From assembly GCA_028534125.1 (NCBI GenBank), contig CM052817.1, positions 76,138,001 through 76,202,000 of the forward strand: DNA of 64,000 nucleotides. The letters run 5' to 3'. Under the pieces are notes generated by a model that saw only the letters and a program-made list of their open reading frames with translations, made no database searches and had not been told where the DNA came from. Shown here piece by piece: positions 1 to 13,086 of the stretch. Position numbers and translations under genes: made by a program. Source of the DNA: Lama glama (taxonomy: Eukaryota). How positions within the stretch are numbered: position 1 is the stretch's first letter; every line of letters starts with the position of its first letter.

Positions 1-810
1 TGGAGATCACTGGGGACTTGGGAAATTGAAATTCAAAGTGCAAGTGAAGCCTTGTATGGGACAGAGGCATTTAATCCAGTGTAACAGAAGGGGAGGCAAA
101 GAATAAATGTATAGATGGAGGTGGGCTAATGATTTTTGTAGTAAGATTAGGTAGTTTTCTCCCGATTATTTGTATTTTCTGGTGGAATGAGAAGCAAGGT
201 CATCTGTTTAGAATGAGAAGTGGGGAGAGGGTGTGGGGGATGTGGGAAGAGTGGTAAAATGGTGTCATAGCTCTACAGCAGTAGGAAAGCAAGTAGACCA
301 GAGAAATGCATGAGGCAATGCTCAAGGCCAATTTGAGAAGCAACTTTCTAAACTGAAAGTAACATGCAGTTAGTAAGGTTCTATACTTCTCTCCAGCCAC
401 CTTCACAGAATGGCTGAAGCCACAGAAGAGTGATGAGTGAGGAGCGATTGGTTTTTCTGTTTGTTTTTAACTCTTTGCAGTAAAGTAAGAAGGCAAGAGA
501 CTGCAAGAAGGTTGATTCCAGTAACTGTGGAATCTAAGTTAGGTAAAATGGGAAAGGAAGATAAAGAGCAGAGTGAAAACTGGATTGAAAATCTGTTGGG
601 TTCGTGGACTTTGGGATTAAGAATGCTAGAACTGGAAAGCTAGTGATACTAACAGAAAAGAGGCCTGAAATCAACAATGTGAAGGTGACGTGGTTATTGC
701 TGCTGACAATGTCTTGGACATGACTACAGTAGTTATGGATGGGGTGGGTTAGAAGAAATGACCACTGGGGAGTTGAAACTCAGGAACCGAGAGCCCAGGG
801 TTTGGGGCTG
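1..810 (-). mobile_element. Degraded LINE-2 fragment
   Basis: Purine-rich stretch with motifs resembling antisense L2 (ggagatcactggggacttg; gagaagcaaggtcatctg). Recognised from memory; ends approximate. Confidence 0.5.
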
Positions 811-3768
811 AGTGTGTTTGTATTTGCTTATTTGTGACATTTAATTTGAATTTACATGATCAAATGTTTAAGATTGTGGTTTTCCAACTAAATTTATCAT
901 TAAAGGTAACAAGAGTAAACAGTTTATAGTTGTCAATGCTCCTGGGGAGTTAATTTTTGAATGACTCCTTTGGTTAACATTTATTTCAATGTAAATATGT
1001 TTTAGTTGACATGAGTTTTGGATCATTTTTTGTTGTTGAAAATTTAACCAATTGAAAGTTGACAAATGACTTGTTAGTGTATGGGCATTTCTGAATTGCT
1101 AAGTTTCTTACTTCCTGTGTAAATGTGAAAGCTGGATTCTTTTTCTGTAAAACTTAAAGCAGAAAAATTTGAGTTCTTGATGAATAATTAACATTTGTCA
1201 CACATGCTGGCAGGTGTCCTCCTGACACACAATCTTAAAGGCTTTATCCTCCTCTGTCTATTAGCATGTGGTCTATATTGTAACCAATACTTGATGGTCC
1301 ATATGTAAGAAGTTTATGGTTGATGATCTCACAGATGTCTACAAAAATCTCTTGATTTCTCAAGGCTATTTTTTTGAGCTGTAATTGATGAATAAATAAA
1401 TAATTAAATGAATAAATTTAACTTACTAGAATTAAAAAGTTTTGAAAAAATACATAGTATGCTCTGTTAGTATCTTCTTTTAAGCACTTTTGAAATATTT
1501 AGTCTGTCTACTAGGCAAACCTCTTATTTTGATGTAAGATTAAGAAATTTCATTTAGAATTTACATTGAGTTTTGGGAAGAACAATTGAATACATGAGAA
1601 GCACTGATCTGAAAAATTCAGAAGCAAGACACACTTTCCTTTATATTATTTTGGTAATTTCTCCTTTAAAATGCTTATCAAATTTTTCAATTTAGAAATG
1701 CTTTACTTAAAATTTGTGTATGATTCAGAAATCAATAAAAGGTTAAAAATGGACAATGAAATGTAAGTACAGTACAGCTCAGAAATGTATCAGTTTCTTA
1801 AGACTTTTAACACATCTCCAATAGTAAATTCCAGTACTAATTTTGAAGTAATATTTTGATTAAAATTGTTTAGAAAAATAACATATTATTTCAGTTACTG
1901 AGCTTATATATGCTTCAGGCAGCATGCCAGCATTGAGAGATATAAGATGTTACATAAAGAATTACTCTCAAGGAGTTCAAGCATGTTAGACTCCTATGGT
2001 TCTTCCTCTATAAATCTGGGGTGACAGTATTGGGGACTCTTTAATGGTGATACTAGTTTTTTTCTGGAACTCATGATGATTGCTGGAATTCAGTGCATGG
2101 GTAACTTTCAGGATGTGGCTCTAGGTGGCTTGTTCTCTCAGGAAAATGAGATCCTTATGATGAAGCCAGAATATTTATTGAAAGCTTTCACAAGAAATGC
2201 CAGACAATAGTAAAGTTCATACTGTTAAGAGATTGAATGATAGCAAAGCCCAGCCAATGGCAGAATAGGATGGATCCGAGGGTAGGAGATAATGACATTT
2301 TAAAGTGATATATTAAATCGCAGCTGTGATTGAGCTCAGGATCCTGGAGATGAACACCAGAAGTGAGCAGTGAGATCCAATGACACAGACTCTCCACACA
2401 GAGCTGAGAACACATGAGCACCTCGTATAACCAAGGTCAAGGTTGCACTTGAAGGACATGTTGCCTAAACAGCCTCCATCTCCCTTTTCTCAGACCTGTC
2501 TCCTTATTCCATCTCTAGTATATCAAATGGCCTGAGTATCTCTAAGTTCAGTATCATCCTTCTTAGGGCGACTGTCTCTAGCAGAGTAGTCACAGCTCCT
2601 TTTAAAACACCCTACAAAGACTGATTGGTCCAGGAGTTGTACCCTGTGTCAGGTGAAGACAGGTTACTCTGGGAAAGCTGGGACTGAATTGAATTAGTGT
2701 GTATGTATACAGAGGCTTCAGCTATAGTATGTAAACCTTGGGTTTTTAATGGAGCAGTTGGACTAAAGAAAATGAAGCAGCTTTGTAAAGAGAGAAAGCA
2801 TGAAGTGGGAATGCACAAGAAATATCACATGAAAAAGAGTTTTGTGGTCTCTGTTCAGTTTTTCCCCAAGAGTTTGGCCATATTTCATTGATCAAGTATC
2901 CCTATATCTGTAAGCCAGTTATAGTGATTGTCCCTTCCATCCACAACAAAAGAATCCTAAATAAAAGAAAATTGAAAAGCCTAAAAGAGCTAGCATAGAT
3001 ATTTTATAAATATTTGTTGAAATGAAAAAAATTCCTAGGATTTGAGGCAACTGGAAGTCATAATGGTTGGACCTACAAAAAAAACTTTTATATAATTTAA
3101 TCCAGTATTTTATTTGAGGATTGTAGATACACTATAGGAAAAATACTGTTTGGCCTAATATCAATCTCATGTAATCTTCAGAGAATGTCACTTATTAAAA
3201 CAAATAAAAAAAATTGCTTTTAAAACATAAATAGAACATAATAAACATAATAAAATATAAATAAAAGAAACTGCTTTTAAAACATAGAAGAAACTGCTAA
3301 TACAGAGAAGACAGAGACATGGTGACTACTCCCATTAGCACAGCGGGACATCTGCCAGGCTTCCTGGGAACAGTTCACACCGGCTAAGAGAATAAACTTT
3401 ACTTCATAAAAGGTTAAAAAAGTGGAAGATTTTTAATCTATTAAAATAAAAAATACAAAATTATAAAAAAAATTTAAAAATTAAAAATGAAATAAAAATG
3501 GAAATAGATTTGTTTTTTTATAGACCTGATTCTCAAACTTTACCTCTGATACCAGACATTGCAGAAAAGACAGCCACAACCTTCCCTGTGAAATGCTCAT
3601 GGCGGCAACTGATCTGGACTTGGAATTTTAAGTGCCTCTGATGGCATCACAAAGGGATGGAGGGCAACCTGATGCCCTCGCACAGGGGATCTTTGTGCAT
3701 AAATACAATTTACCTTGGATTTGGCCAAGAGGCTTTCAAATAAGTATGTACCAGTCTGTCATAAAATG

Positions 3769-4156
3769 TGTGGTAGGCACTGAATTCTGTCCTCCCCAAA
3801 TTCCTATGTTGAAGTCTTACCCCACAATGTTGCTATATTTGGAGATAGGACTTTTAAGGTGCTAATTAAGGTTAAATGAAGTAATAAGGATATGGCTGGT
3901 GTCCTTATAAGAGGAGGAAAGAACATAAGGAGGGGTCTCTCTCTCTCTACACACACACACAGAGGAAAGTCCAGGTAAGGACACATAGCAAGAAGGCTGC
4001 TGTCTGCAAGCCAGGAAGAGACTTCACCAAACACCAACACTGAGGTCACCTTGATCTTGGGCCTCTAGCCTCCAGGATAAGTGAGAAAATAAATTTCCAC
4101 TGTTAGCACCACCCATTCTATGGTATTTTGTTATGGCAGCTGAGGAGGATAAATCA
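3769..4156 (+). mobile_element. MaLR solo LTR, MLT1A/B-like
   Basis: Starts tgtggtagg...aattctgtcctccccaaattcctatgttgaagtc; contains ctgcaagccaggaagag, accttgatcttgg, gagaaaataaatttc and ends tatggtattttgttatggcagc, all typical MLT1 motifs. Confidence 0.85.
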
Positions 4157-5065
4157 ACGTGTTTCCTAAATTATAAGGTAAGTATATCATCCAAGGGAAG
4201 GTTGGAAGCACTAAGAAACAGGACAATGTTCATCAGCAGGAAACAAACTTTGACAAACAAATGCTTAATTATTTGACAAAAAGAAAAAAAGATTACTTAG
4301 TCTTGATTTCCATGTTTGCTGTCTATTGGGTACACAATTTCCCAGTGCACAAAAATAAGCTATACATGAAACATGACTACATAGTTCAGTTTAACCGACG
4401 TTAAGTAAAAAATAAATCAAATCAAGGTTTTCCCCATCCACATTTGTTGTTGTTACTTTTCCTTCATGATGGCTTTTGAGTTCTGTGGGGTGGCTTATAT
4501 AGTGTCTTGGCGTTTGATTGGGGGGAAATCACTTATTTCATCTTGGAGGGTTTCTGGTCACACTGTTAGTTGCTGAAGTGACCACTGTCCTATCTGAGAG
4601 TGGCCATACTGTCTAAGCTGATTTTAACACAGCTACCCTTCTGTCAAAATTGTAAGACTGCCTTTAGATTGGCCCACTGGCATTATTTAGGTCATGTCTA
4701 GCGATAAAGGATATCACCTCCTGTTACGCTGCCATTGTTCTGTTTGCCCCACTTGCAGTGGGCTAAGACTTCTCAAAGTTTATGTGCACACACATTAGCC
4801 AGGAACACTGATAAAAAACAAGATTATAGTTTACTATACCTGGGATGGGGATCATTGCAGTAGCAGCCTACAGTCTACTGAAGAATCCCTTTTAAAAGAA
4901 AAGACATATACTGTGATCATTAATAAAAGCCCACATATACCAGCAATAAGGTGGTAAGATTCTACATCCTCGATTATGTAAATCAAGCATCAGTCCTCCG
5001 GTACTGTTTTGATTTAAAGTATCTGAATTTAACTTGGGAGCAAATATAATCTATTTTTAAAATAA

Positions 5066-5797
5066 TTAAAATGCATGTACACTTACCATATGATTTAGCA
5101 ATAATGTGCCTTGGTATTAAACCAGAGGAGTTGAAAACTGTGCAAAAGTCTATACATGATGTTTATAGCAGCTTTATTCCTAACTGGCAAAACTTGGAAA
5201 CAACTAAGACATCCCCTCAGCAAGTGAATGGATAAACAAACTGTGGTACCTCCAGACAACAGAATACCATTCAGTGATAAAAGGCAATGAGCTATCAAGT
5301 CATGAAGAGACATGGAGGAAACCTAAATGCATATGACTAAGTGAAATCAGGAAATTTGCAAAGGCTACTTACTGTATCATACCAATTATGACATTCTGGA
5401 AAAGGTAAAAACTACACAGACAACAAAAAGATGAGTGGTTCCCAGGGATGGGGTGGGAGAGATGAACAGGCGGAGCACAGAAGATTTTCAGGGCAGTGAA
5501 AATATTCTGTGAGATACTATAACGAATGGTCTACACCACACATTTGTCCAAACACACAGAATTTAGAAAACCAAGAGTGAACCATAATGCAAACTATGGA
5601 CTTTTGGTGATAATATACCAATGTAGGTCCTTCCTTGGTAAAAATGTACCATTCTGTTGAGTGATGCCGATAACAGGGTTGCGCGGGGGGGGGGGGGGCG
5701 GGGGGAGGGCGGGGGAAGTAATGCATATATGGAAAACCTCTGTACCTTCTCAATTTTGCTGTAAACCTAAAACTGCTCTAAAAACATTAGTCTTAAA
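5066..5797 (+). mobile_element. L1 3' end, L1MC1/2-like
   Basis: cacttaccatatga; gtttatagcagctttattc; gtgaatggataaacaaactgtggtac; ends ttttgctgtaaacctaaaactgctctaaaaa. Confidence 0.85.
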
Positions 5798-6294
5798 AAT
5801 TAGTTTATTTTAGAAATCAGTGATAAGTGTTGGCATGAAGTTTATTCCTGTTCTCCTTTTAATATCATTACTTTTTATGGTATTTCCTGATCCTTCACAA
5901 TCCTCTGTGACCTTTTAAGCTCATTATCAAGTCCTGGGATGCTGGCAATATAAGCAACACAGCATCTGGCATGTTTTCTCCCTTTTCAACTTATCCTCTC
6001 AATCTTTTCCCATGAACTTTTAAGTTCATTTGCACAGAGCAATTGCATTTCCTGAAATAAAATTATCCAATGACTTTAATACAGACATTAATAAAATGTG
6101 ACCATTTTGAAATACACCAGAGCATAATAACAATAATAACATATTAAATCAGTTGTCATAAGTTTGATCAAAGGTGTCTTATGTCTGCCAATTTAAGCTA
6201 AACCAGAGTAATCGTTTTTAAATAAAATTTTTTCCAAAATTTATTAGGACTTACAACTGAAACTTTAATGGATATTCAAATCAGTAATACTAAA

Positions 6295-6394
6295 NNNNNN
6301 NNNNNNNNNNNNNNNNNNNNNNNNNNNNNNNNNNNNNNNNNNNNNNNNNNNNNNNNNNNNNNNNNNNNNNNNNNNNNNNNNNNNNNNNNNNNNN
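6295..6394. other. Assembly gap (100 N)
   Basis: Run of N. Confidence 1.
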
Positions 6395-6401
6395 GTTGCC
6401 T

Positions 6402-6554
6402 GAGGCAGGAGATGAGGAGGAGGCAGGAGATGAGGAGGAGGCAGGAGATGAGGAGGAGGCAGGAGATGAGGAGGAGGCAGGAGATGAGGAGGAGGCAGGA
6501 GATGAGGAGGAGGCAGGAGATGAGGAGGAGGCAGGAGATGAGGAGGCGGCAGGG
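6402..6554 (+). repeat. 18-bp tandem repeat (GAGGCAGGAGATGAGGAG) x8 plus a degenerate partial unit
   Basis: Eight identical units at 6402-6545 followed by gcggcaggg; seen as (RQEMRR)n, (EAGDEE)n and (LLLISC)n in the ORF track. Confidence 0.95.
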
Positions 6555-7144
6555 TGGCTGCCTCAGAGTCCCGGCTGCCAGGTGCTCACCCAAGTGGAGA
6601 ACTGACCTCCATAAACAGACCACCCCTTTGGTCGATGGATTCACTTACTGATCCAACAAGGTCAACCTTGGAGGCATCCAGAATCCCTTCTATGTGTGGT
6701 TTCCCACACTCCTCACCTCTCCCATAGTTGCCTCCATCTCCTTCTGACCTCTGTCCTGCCTGGGCCCGGTATTTGTTTTTAAATGTGCATAAATATATAC
6801 CATTTAGGACCAATTGTTTTCTTATTGGCCATTCTTCCGATAAAATTAGAGGCACAGATATGTTAAACTGGTCATGTATTAAGAGAACAATAGAAAAGAA
6901 CACAAAGAGAAATCACTACTTCTTCTGACCATGTACCTGAACAACAAAAAAATCCAATGACCTCATTTATGAAGAGTAAACATATATAGATTTTATAGTG
7001 GTCAAATCCTTTCCATGATGTTTCAAAAATAAAATACTTTTAATATCAAGTTTTTTTGTTGCTATTATTTCGAGCCTTTACAAAAGTTGTATCTACCAAG
7101 ATTCTCTTAAATATTTAAGGTTTATATAAAAGTAGGTTCTTTAG

Positions 7145-7184
7145 TTTTTTTAGTTTATATATATTTATATATAAACTAAAAAAA
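7145..7184. repeat. Perfect AT-rich inverted repeat, 19-bp arms with 2-nt spacer
   Basis: tttttttagtttatatata (7145-7163), tt, tatatataaactaaaaaaa (7166-7184). Confidence 0.9.
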
Positions 7185-7331
7185 ATTATAGTAGATAAGA
7201 TAAATATGAAGCCTCTGTCAAATTGTGATTATACCACAGGACCCTACATTCCGAGACAGTAACTGGTAAAGTTACACATGGCCACCACATTATGTCCCTG
7301 TCTTTCTGAATATGAGAGCATATATCAGGAT

Positions 7332-10300
7332 AGTTCCAGTTTCCAATTTTGCAAAACTCACCAGAGCTGAGACTCAGGGGAGGCAGCCACCACCAGAACC
7401 AGTGCCAGGTAGGAAATCTGAACTGTGATTGAGAAGCTGCTAGAAGCTCAATGTAGCCAATTCTGAGAGCTAAAACTTCAGGGGGACCCAGTCATAGGGA
7501 AATCCCAGCTGTATTTTAAGATTTACTTTCAGGAACTTAACCAGATTCCCACAGTAAATATCAGAGAAATATTCCTTCTGACTTTTGGCAGAGGAAAGGT
7601 AGCAGGAACCATTTTGAAATACACCAGAGCACTCTGTTCTTCTAAACAAAGTCTGTGCTTAGGAGAAACTAACTACAATCTAACCTGCTAGGATATTAGC
7701 AGAGCCTCACTGACCTGGGAAAGGGAATTGTCCAACTCCAGTCCACTCTAGCCATCCTGTCCCACTCAAGGAGGATGGAAAAAATTGGAACTTCACAAGT
7801 GTTTCTCACAGACCAGAGGCATGGGCTGATTAAAAGCCTGAGACCTAATCACAGGACTGTAGATGATTCCCTTACCCCCACACTTCATCACCACATCACT
7901 AAAGACCTATTTACAGCAGTTGCTTTAACCTGGTACATGGCATCCAGTTATCAAGAAAACATTTCAAAAGGCAAAAACAAAATTTGAAGAGAGAGAGCAA
8001 GCATCGAAACCAGATACGGCAGGAAAGTTGGGATTATTAGACCAGGAATTTAAAACAACTATGATTAACATGCTCTATGAGTAAAGGGCTCTAATGGATA
8101 CGGCTGACAGCGCGTAAGAACAGAGGCGCAATGTACGCAGATAAATAAAAATTCCAAGAAAAAATGAAAATATGTTGCAAATAAACACTAACAATGAGAA
8201 ATGACTTTGGTGGGTTTAACAGTACATTGGACATGGCTGAGGAAAGAATTCCTGAGCCTTAAGATATGTTAATAGAAATCTTCAATAATGAAAAGCAAAG
8301 AGAATAGCAATTGGGAAAAACACCTTCAACAGAATTTCAAATGGGACAACTATAAAAGGCATAGCATTCATACAATGGGAATAACAGAAGAAGAAACAAA
8401 AGAAATATTTGAAACTGAGAATTTCCCCAGTTTAATGTCAGACACCAAAACACAGGTGAAGGAGGATCAGAAAAAAAACAAGAAGAAAATGCCCAAGAAG
8501 CGATAATTAGGCAAATCATTTTCTCACTATAGAAAATCAAAGATGAACAAAAAATCCTAGAAAAACCCCAGGGGAGAAATATATTCAGTATTTTGTAATA
8601 ACCTTTAATGAAAAAGAAAAAAATGAATATATATAAACATATGCATGGCTGGGACATTATGCTATACACCAGAAATTGACACATAACTGACTATACTTCA
8701 ATTTAAAAACAAAGAGGAATAAAACACCTCTATACTCTTTAAGGATACAGAAGAACGAAGATAAGAATTATCTTTGACTTCTCTTCAGAAACCATGCAGT
8801 CAAGAGAGTGTAGTCAATTATTTAAAATGGTCAAAGAAAGACTAACAACTTAGAATACTGTACCGTGTGAAATTACCCTTCAAAAGAGAAAAGAGAAAAA
8901 AAGCTCTTCAAACAATTTGAGGAGATTTGTTGCCAGTTGAACTGTCATGCAAGAAATATTAAAAGCAATTCTTTAAAGAGAAGAAAAATGCAGGTCAGAA
9001 ATTTGATCTGCATAAAGAAGTGAAGAGCACTGAAGATAAAATAAGTGAATGTAACAAATTTTTCTTATTCTTAGTTGATCTAACATGAGTTGGTTCAAAA
9101 TAATAGCAATATCTATTTGTTCAGGCATATTTAGGTGTATCATATACATTCTTATGTGTGCTTATATAAATGAAATGAATGACAGCAGTGACCAAAGGGA
9201 TGGAAAAGAGGAGTTAGAATTATTTGGTTAGTATAACATACTCACTGTACCCTTCAAGTAGTAAGCTGAAATTTGAAAGTGAAGTTAGATTAGTTGGCAA
9301 TGTATATTGCAAACTGGAAGGTAACCACTAAATTAAAAAAAAAAGCATAACTGATATGCTAAGAGACAATGCAATTATAAAATGCTCAGCTGAAACCACA
9401 AAAGGCAGAAAGAGTTGAAGACAAAAATAGGAACAAAGAACAGAGGCAACAAGTAGAATACAGTGATGAACATGGTAGATACTAATCTATCTGTATCAGT
9501 AATCACTTTCAACACCATTGGTCTGAATACATCAACAAATAGGCAAAGATTGTGAGAGTGGATCAAAAATGTGAGTCAACTAAGTTGTTTACAAGAAACC
9601 CACTTTAAATATAAAGCACATGTAGATTAAAAGTAAATTAATGGAGGAAAATATACCATGCTAACAATAATTAAAAGAAATCAGAACCGATATTAATTTC
9701 AGACAGAGGAGACTTCAAAGGAAGGAAAATCAGTAATAATGAAGGATATTACAACATGACAAAGTGAACATTTTTTTTCTCAAAAATACAACAATCCTTA
9801 AGGAGTATGCACCTCATAACAGAGCATCTAACTGTGATGCAAAAACTGATAACTGCCGGGAAAAACAGATGAGTCCACGGACATAGTTGGAGACTTCAAC
9901 ACAACTCTCTCAAAAATAGATAGATCCAGCAGGCAGATAAGCAGAACTTACTGAACTCAACAACACCATCAGTCAACTGGACATAATTGACACCTGTAGA
10001 CTGCTTAATCCAACAGAAAAATACACATTCTTCTCAAGCCATATGCAGCATTCAACAAACAGACCATATCCTGGGCCATTAAACAAAGAAATTTAAAACA
10101 GAAATCACACAATGTATCCTCTCAGACCAACATGGAATTAAACTAGGAATCAACAGTAAAGAAAACAGAATCCCAAAATACATGAAAATTAAACAATACA
10201 GTTCTAAATAACATATGAGTCAAAGAAGAAATTTCAAGGGAAAGGAAATATTTTGAGGTAATTGAAAATAAAAACACAACTTATCAAAATTTGTGGGATG

Positions 10301-12762
10301 AGTAAGAGCAGTGTACAGAGGGATTTATAGCATGGATGCATATACTAGAAAAGCAGAAAGATCTAAAATCAATAATCTAAATTTTCACCTAAGAAACTAG
10401 AAAAAGAAAATTATATACAGTGTAAACAGAAGAAAATAAGAGAAGTAATCAATGAAATTGGAAACAGGAAAGCAATAGAAGGAAAAGACAAATAATGAAA
10501 TCCAACAGTGGTTCTTTGGAAAGACCACTAAAATCAAACCTCAAGCCAAGCTAATTACAAAAACAAACAAACAAAAAACCCCCCACATATTACTAATATC
10601 AGAAATGAAATGAAACATTGATACAGATCCTGTGGAAATTAAAAGGGTAATAAAGGAATGCTATAAAGTAACTATGCCCACAAATTTGATAACCTAGATG
10701 AAATGGACTGATTTCTTTAAAGATAGAAGCTTCCAGAATCCATACAGAAAAAAAGATAATCTTAATAGGTCTAAATCTACTAATGAATTTGAATCAATGA
10801 TTAATAACTTTCCAAAATAGAAAATACTTGCCCAGTTGAGTTCACTGGTAAATTCTACCAAACATCTGACAAAGTAATTTTACCAGTTCTCTACAATCTC
10901 AGGTATTATGAGCAAAAGAGACACTTCCTAACTCATTCTATGAGGCCATCAACACTCTAGTATCAAAATCAGAAAAAGAAAACTACAGGCCAGTATCTTT
11001 CATGAACATAGATGCAAAAATGCTCAACAAAATATTATCAAATTGAATCCAACAATGTACAAAAGTAATTATACATCATGATATGAGATTTATCCCAGGT
11101 ATGCAATGCTGGTTCAACATTTGAAAATTAATGTAACCCATTTTATCAACAGGCCAGGAGAAGAAAAATCACATGATTATATCATTAGATGCAGGAAAAA
11201 AATGGATAAAATTCAACATTTATACATAATAAATATCAGTAAACTAGGGATAGAGAAGAACTTCAACTTGATGAAGGATATCTACCTGACAACAACAAAA
11301 ACAACCACTACTGCTACCATCTTATTCGATGTTGAGAAACTTGCAGTTTTCTCAGTAAGCTCAGATCCAAGGCAAGCATGCCCTTTCTCAATACTCCTTT
11401 TTCACTATCTTACTGGAAGTACTAATAAGACAAAAAAAAAGAGGTAAAATAAAAGGTATAAAGATTGAGGATGAAGACATAAAACTGCCCGTCCTCACAG
11501 GTGTTCTGATGATATATGTAGGAACTTTGCATGAATCAACAAACTCCTGGAACTAGTAAGCAATTATAGCAAGATTGTAAGATACAAGGTTAATACATTA
11601 AAGTCAGTTGCTTTCCTATAGTCGGCAATGAGCAAGTGGAATTTGAAATTAAAAGGCAGTATTATTTATATTAGCACTCCCTGAAATGAAACACTTGGAG
11701 TATAAATATAACAAAATATGTACAAAAACAGCATGAAGAAAACTACAAAACTCTGATGAATGAAATCAAAGAAATAAACAGATACTCCATATTCATGGAT
11801 AGGAAGCCTGAATATTGTCAAGATGTCTATTCTTCCCAAATTGATCTCTAGATGCAATGCAATCTCATTCATAATCCCAGAAAGTTTTTTTTTTTTTTGG
11901 ATACTGGCAAACTGATTTTAAATTGTATAAAAAGAGGCAAAAGACCCAGAATAGCCAACAGAATAACCAAGGAAAAGAATAATGCTGGCAGGATTGTAAA
12001 GATACAGTAATCAAGACAGTGTGGTACTGGAGAAAGTACAAATAGAACAATGGAAAAGAACGGAGAACTCAGAAATAGACTCTCATAGATTTGGTCAATT
12101 AACCTTTGACAAAGGAGCAAAGGCAAAATGATGGAGGAAAATAGTCTATTCAATGAGTGATGCTGGAGTAACCAGACATCCATATGCCAAAAAATTAACT
12201 CAATATAGATCACAAGCCAAAATATAAGTCAAAACTATAAAATTCTTAGAATAATACCTAGGAGAAAATCTAGGTATGGCGATGACATTTTAAATACAAC
12301 ATCTAAGGCACAATTTGTATAAGTAATTGATAAGCTGGACTTCATTAAAAGACAAACTTCTGTGCCACGAAAGTCAATGACAAGAGAATTAGAAGACATG
12401 CCACAAACTGAGGGAAAATATTTGCAGAAGACATCTCAGAAAGAAATGTTAATCAAAATTACATTCTTGGAAAGGTGAAACTATGGAGACAGTAGAAAGA
12501 TCAGTGATTTCCAGAGGTTGAAAAGGCTCTGAATAAATGGAGCACAGAGGGTTTTTAGGGCAGTGTAATTGCCCTGTCTGATACTACCATGGTAGATATA
12601 TTTTACATTATACACATGTCCAAACCTTAGGATAAACTATTGATTTTGGGTGATTATAATATTGTTGAGTGTAAGTTCAACAGATCTAACAAATGTTCCA
12701 CTCTGATGGGGGATGCCGATAATGAGGGAGGCTATTCATGTTTGGGGATGGGTGTATATGAG
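7332..12762 (+). mobile_element. Long degraded L1 (L1MC-like): 5' region, ORF1 remnants, ORF2 endonuclease/RT remnants, 3' UTR
   Basis: ORF1-type gacttctcttcagaaaccatgc (~8777); ORF2 start atcagtaatcactttcaac...aggcaaagattg (~9495); ggagacttcaacac; cttcctaactcattctatgaggcc; catgaacatagatgcaaaaa; atttatcccaggtatgcaa; 3' UTR aaactatggagacagt (~12480). All frames are broken by stops and frameshifts. Confidence 0.9.
8575..8710 (+). mobile_element. Short lineage-type L1 3' terminal fragment nested in the old L1
   Basis: tatattcagtattttgtaataacctttaatgaaaaag...tacaccagaaattgacac...ctatacttcaatttaaaaa; the same sequence recurs at 18120, 20022, 26630, 36430, 49960 and 51960. Confidence 0.85.
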
Positions 12763-13086
12763 GAAAAAAAAAAAAGATACAAATTGAACTTATTTACAAA
12801 ACAGACTCATGGTCAGAGAAAACAAACTTATGGTTACCAAAGGGGAAAAGGTGTAGGAAGGGATAAATTGGGAGTTTGAGATTAGCAGATACTAACTACT
12901 ATATGTAAGATAAACAACAAGTTTATACTGTATAGCACAGGGAACTTTATTCAATATCTTGTACTAACCTATAATGAAAAATATGAAAATGAATGTGTAT
13001 GTATATATTTGACTGAAACATTATGCTGTACATCAGAAGTTGACATATTGTAAACTATACTTCAATTAAAAAGTTCAATTAAAAAT
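12763..13086 (+). mobile_element. Lineage-type L1 3' end
   Basis: gaacttatttacaaaacagactc; aaacttatggttaccaaagggg; ctgtatagcacagggaact; A-rich tail. Confidence 0.9.

Noticed and set aside
6402..6545. CRISPR-like array
   Set aside because: Units are contiguous with no spacers, and the context is mammalian.
6268..6651. Repetitive ORFs (EAGDEE)n, (RQEMRR)n, (LLLISC)n as a real protein
   Set aside because: They are products of an 18-bp repeat next to a gap; the acidic frame has only a TTG start and there is no recognisable homology or splice context.
9490..12460. L1 ORF2 as a functional reverse transcriptase
   Set aside because: The longest ORFs are ~114 aa; there are many stops and frameshifts.
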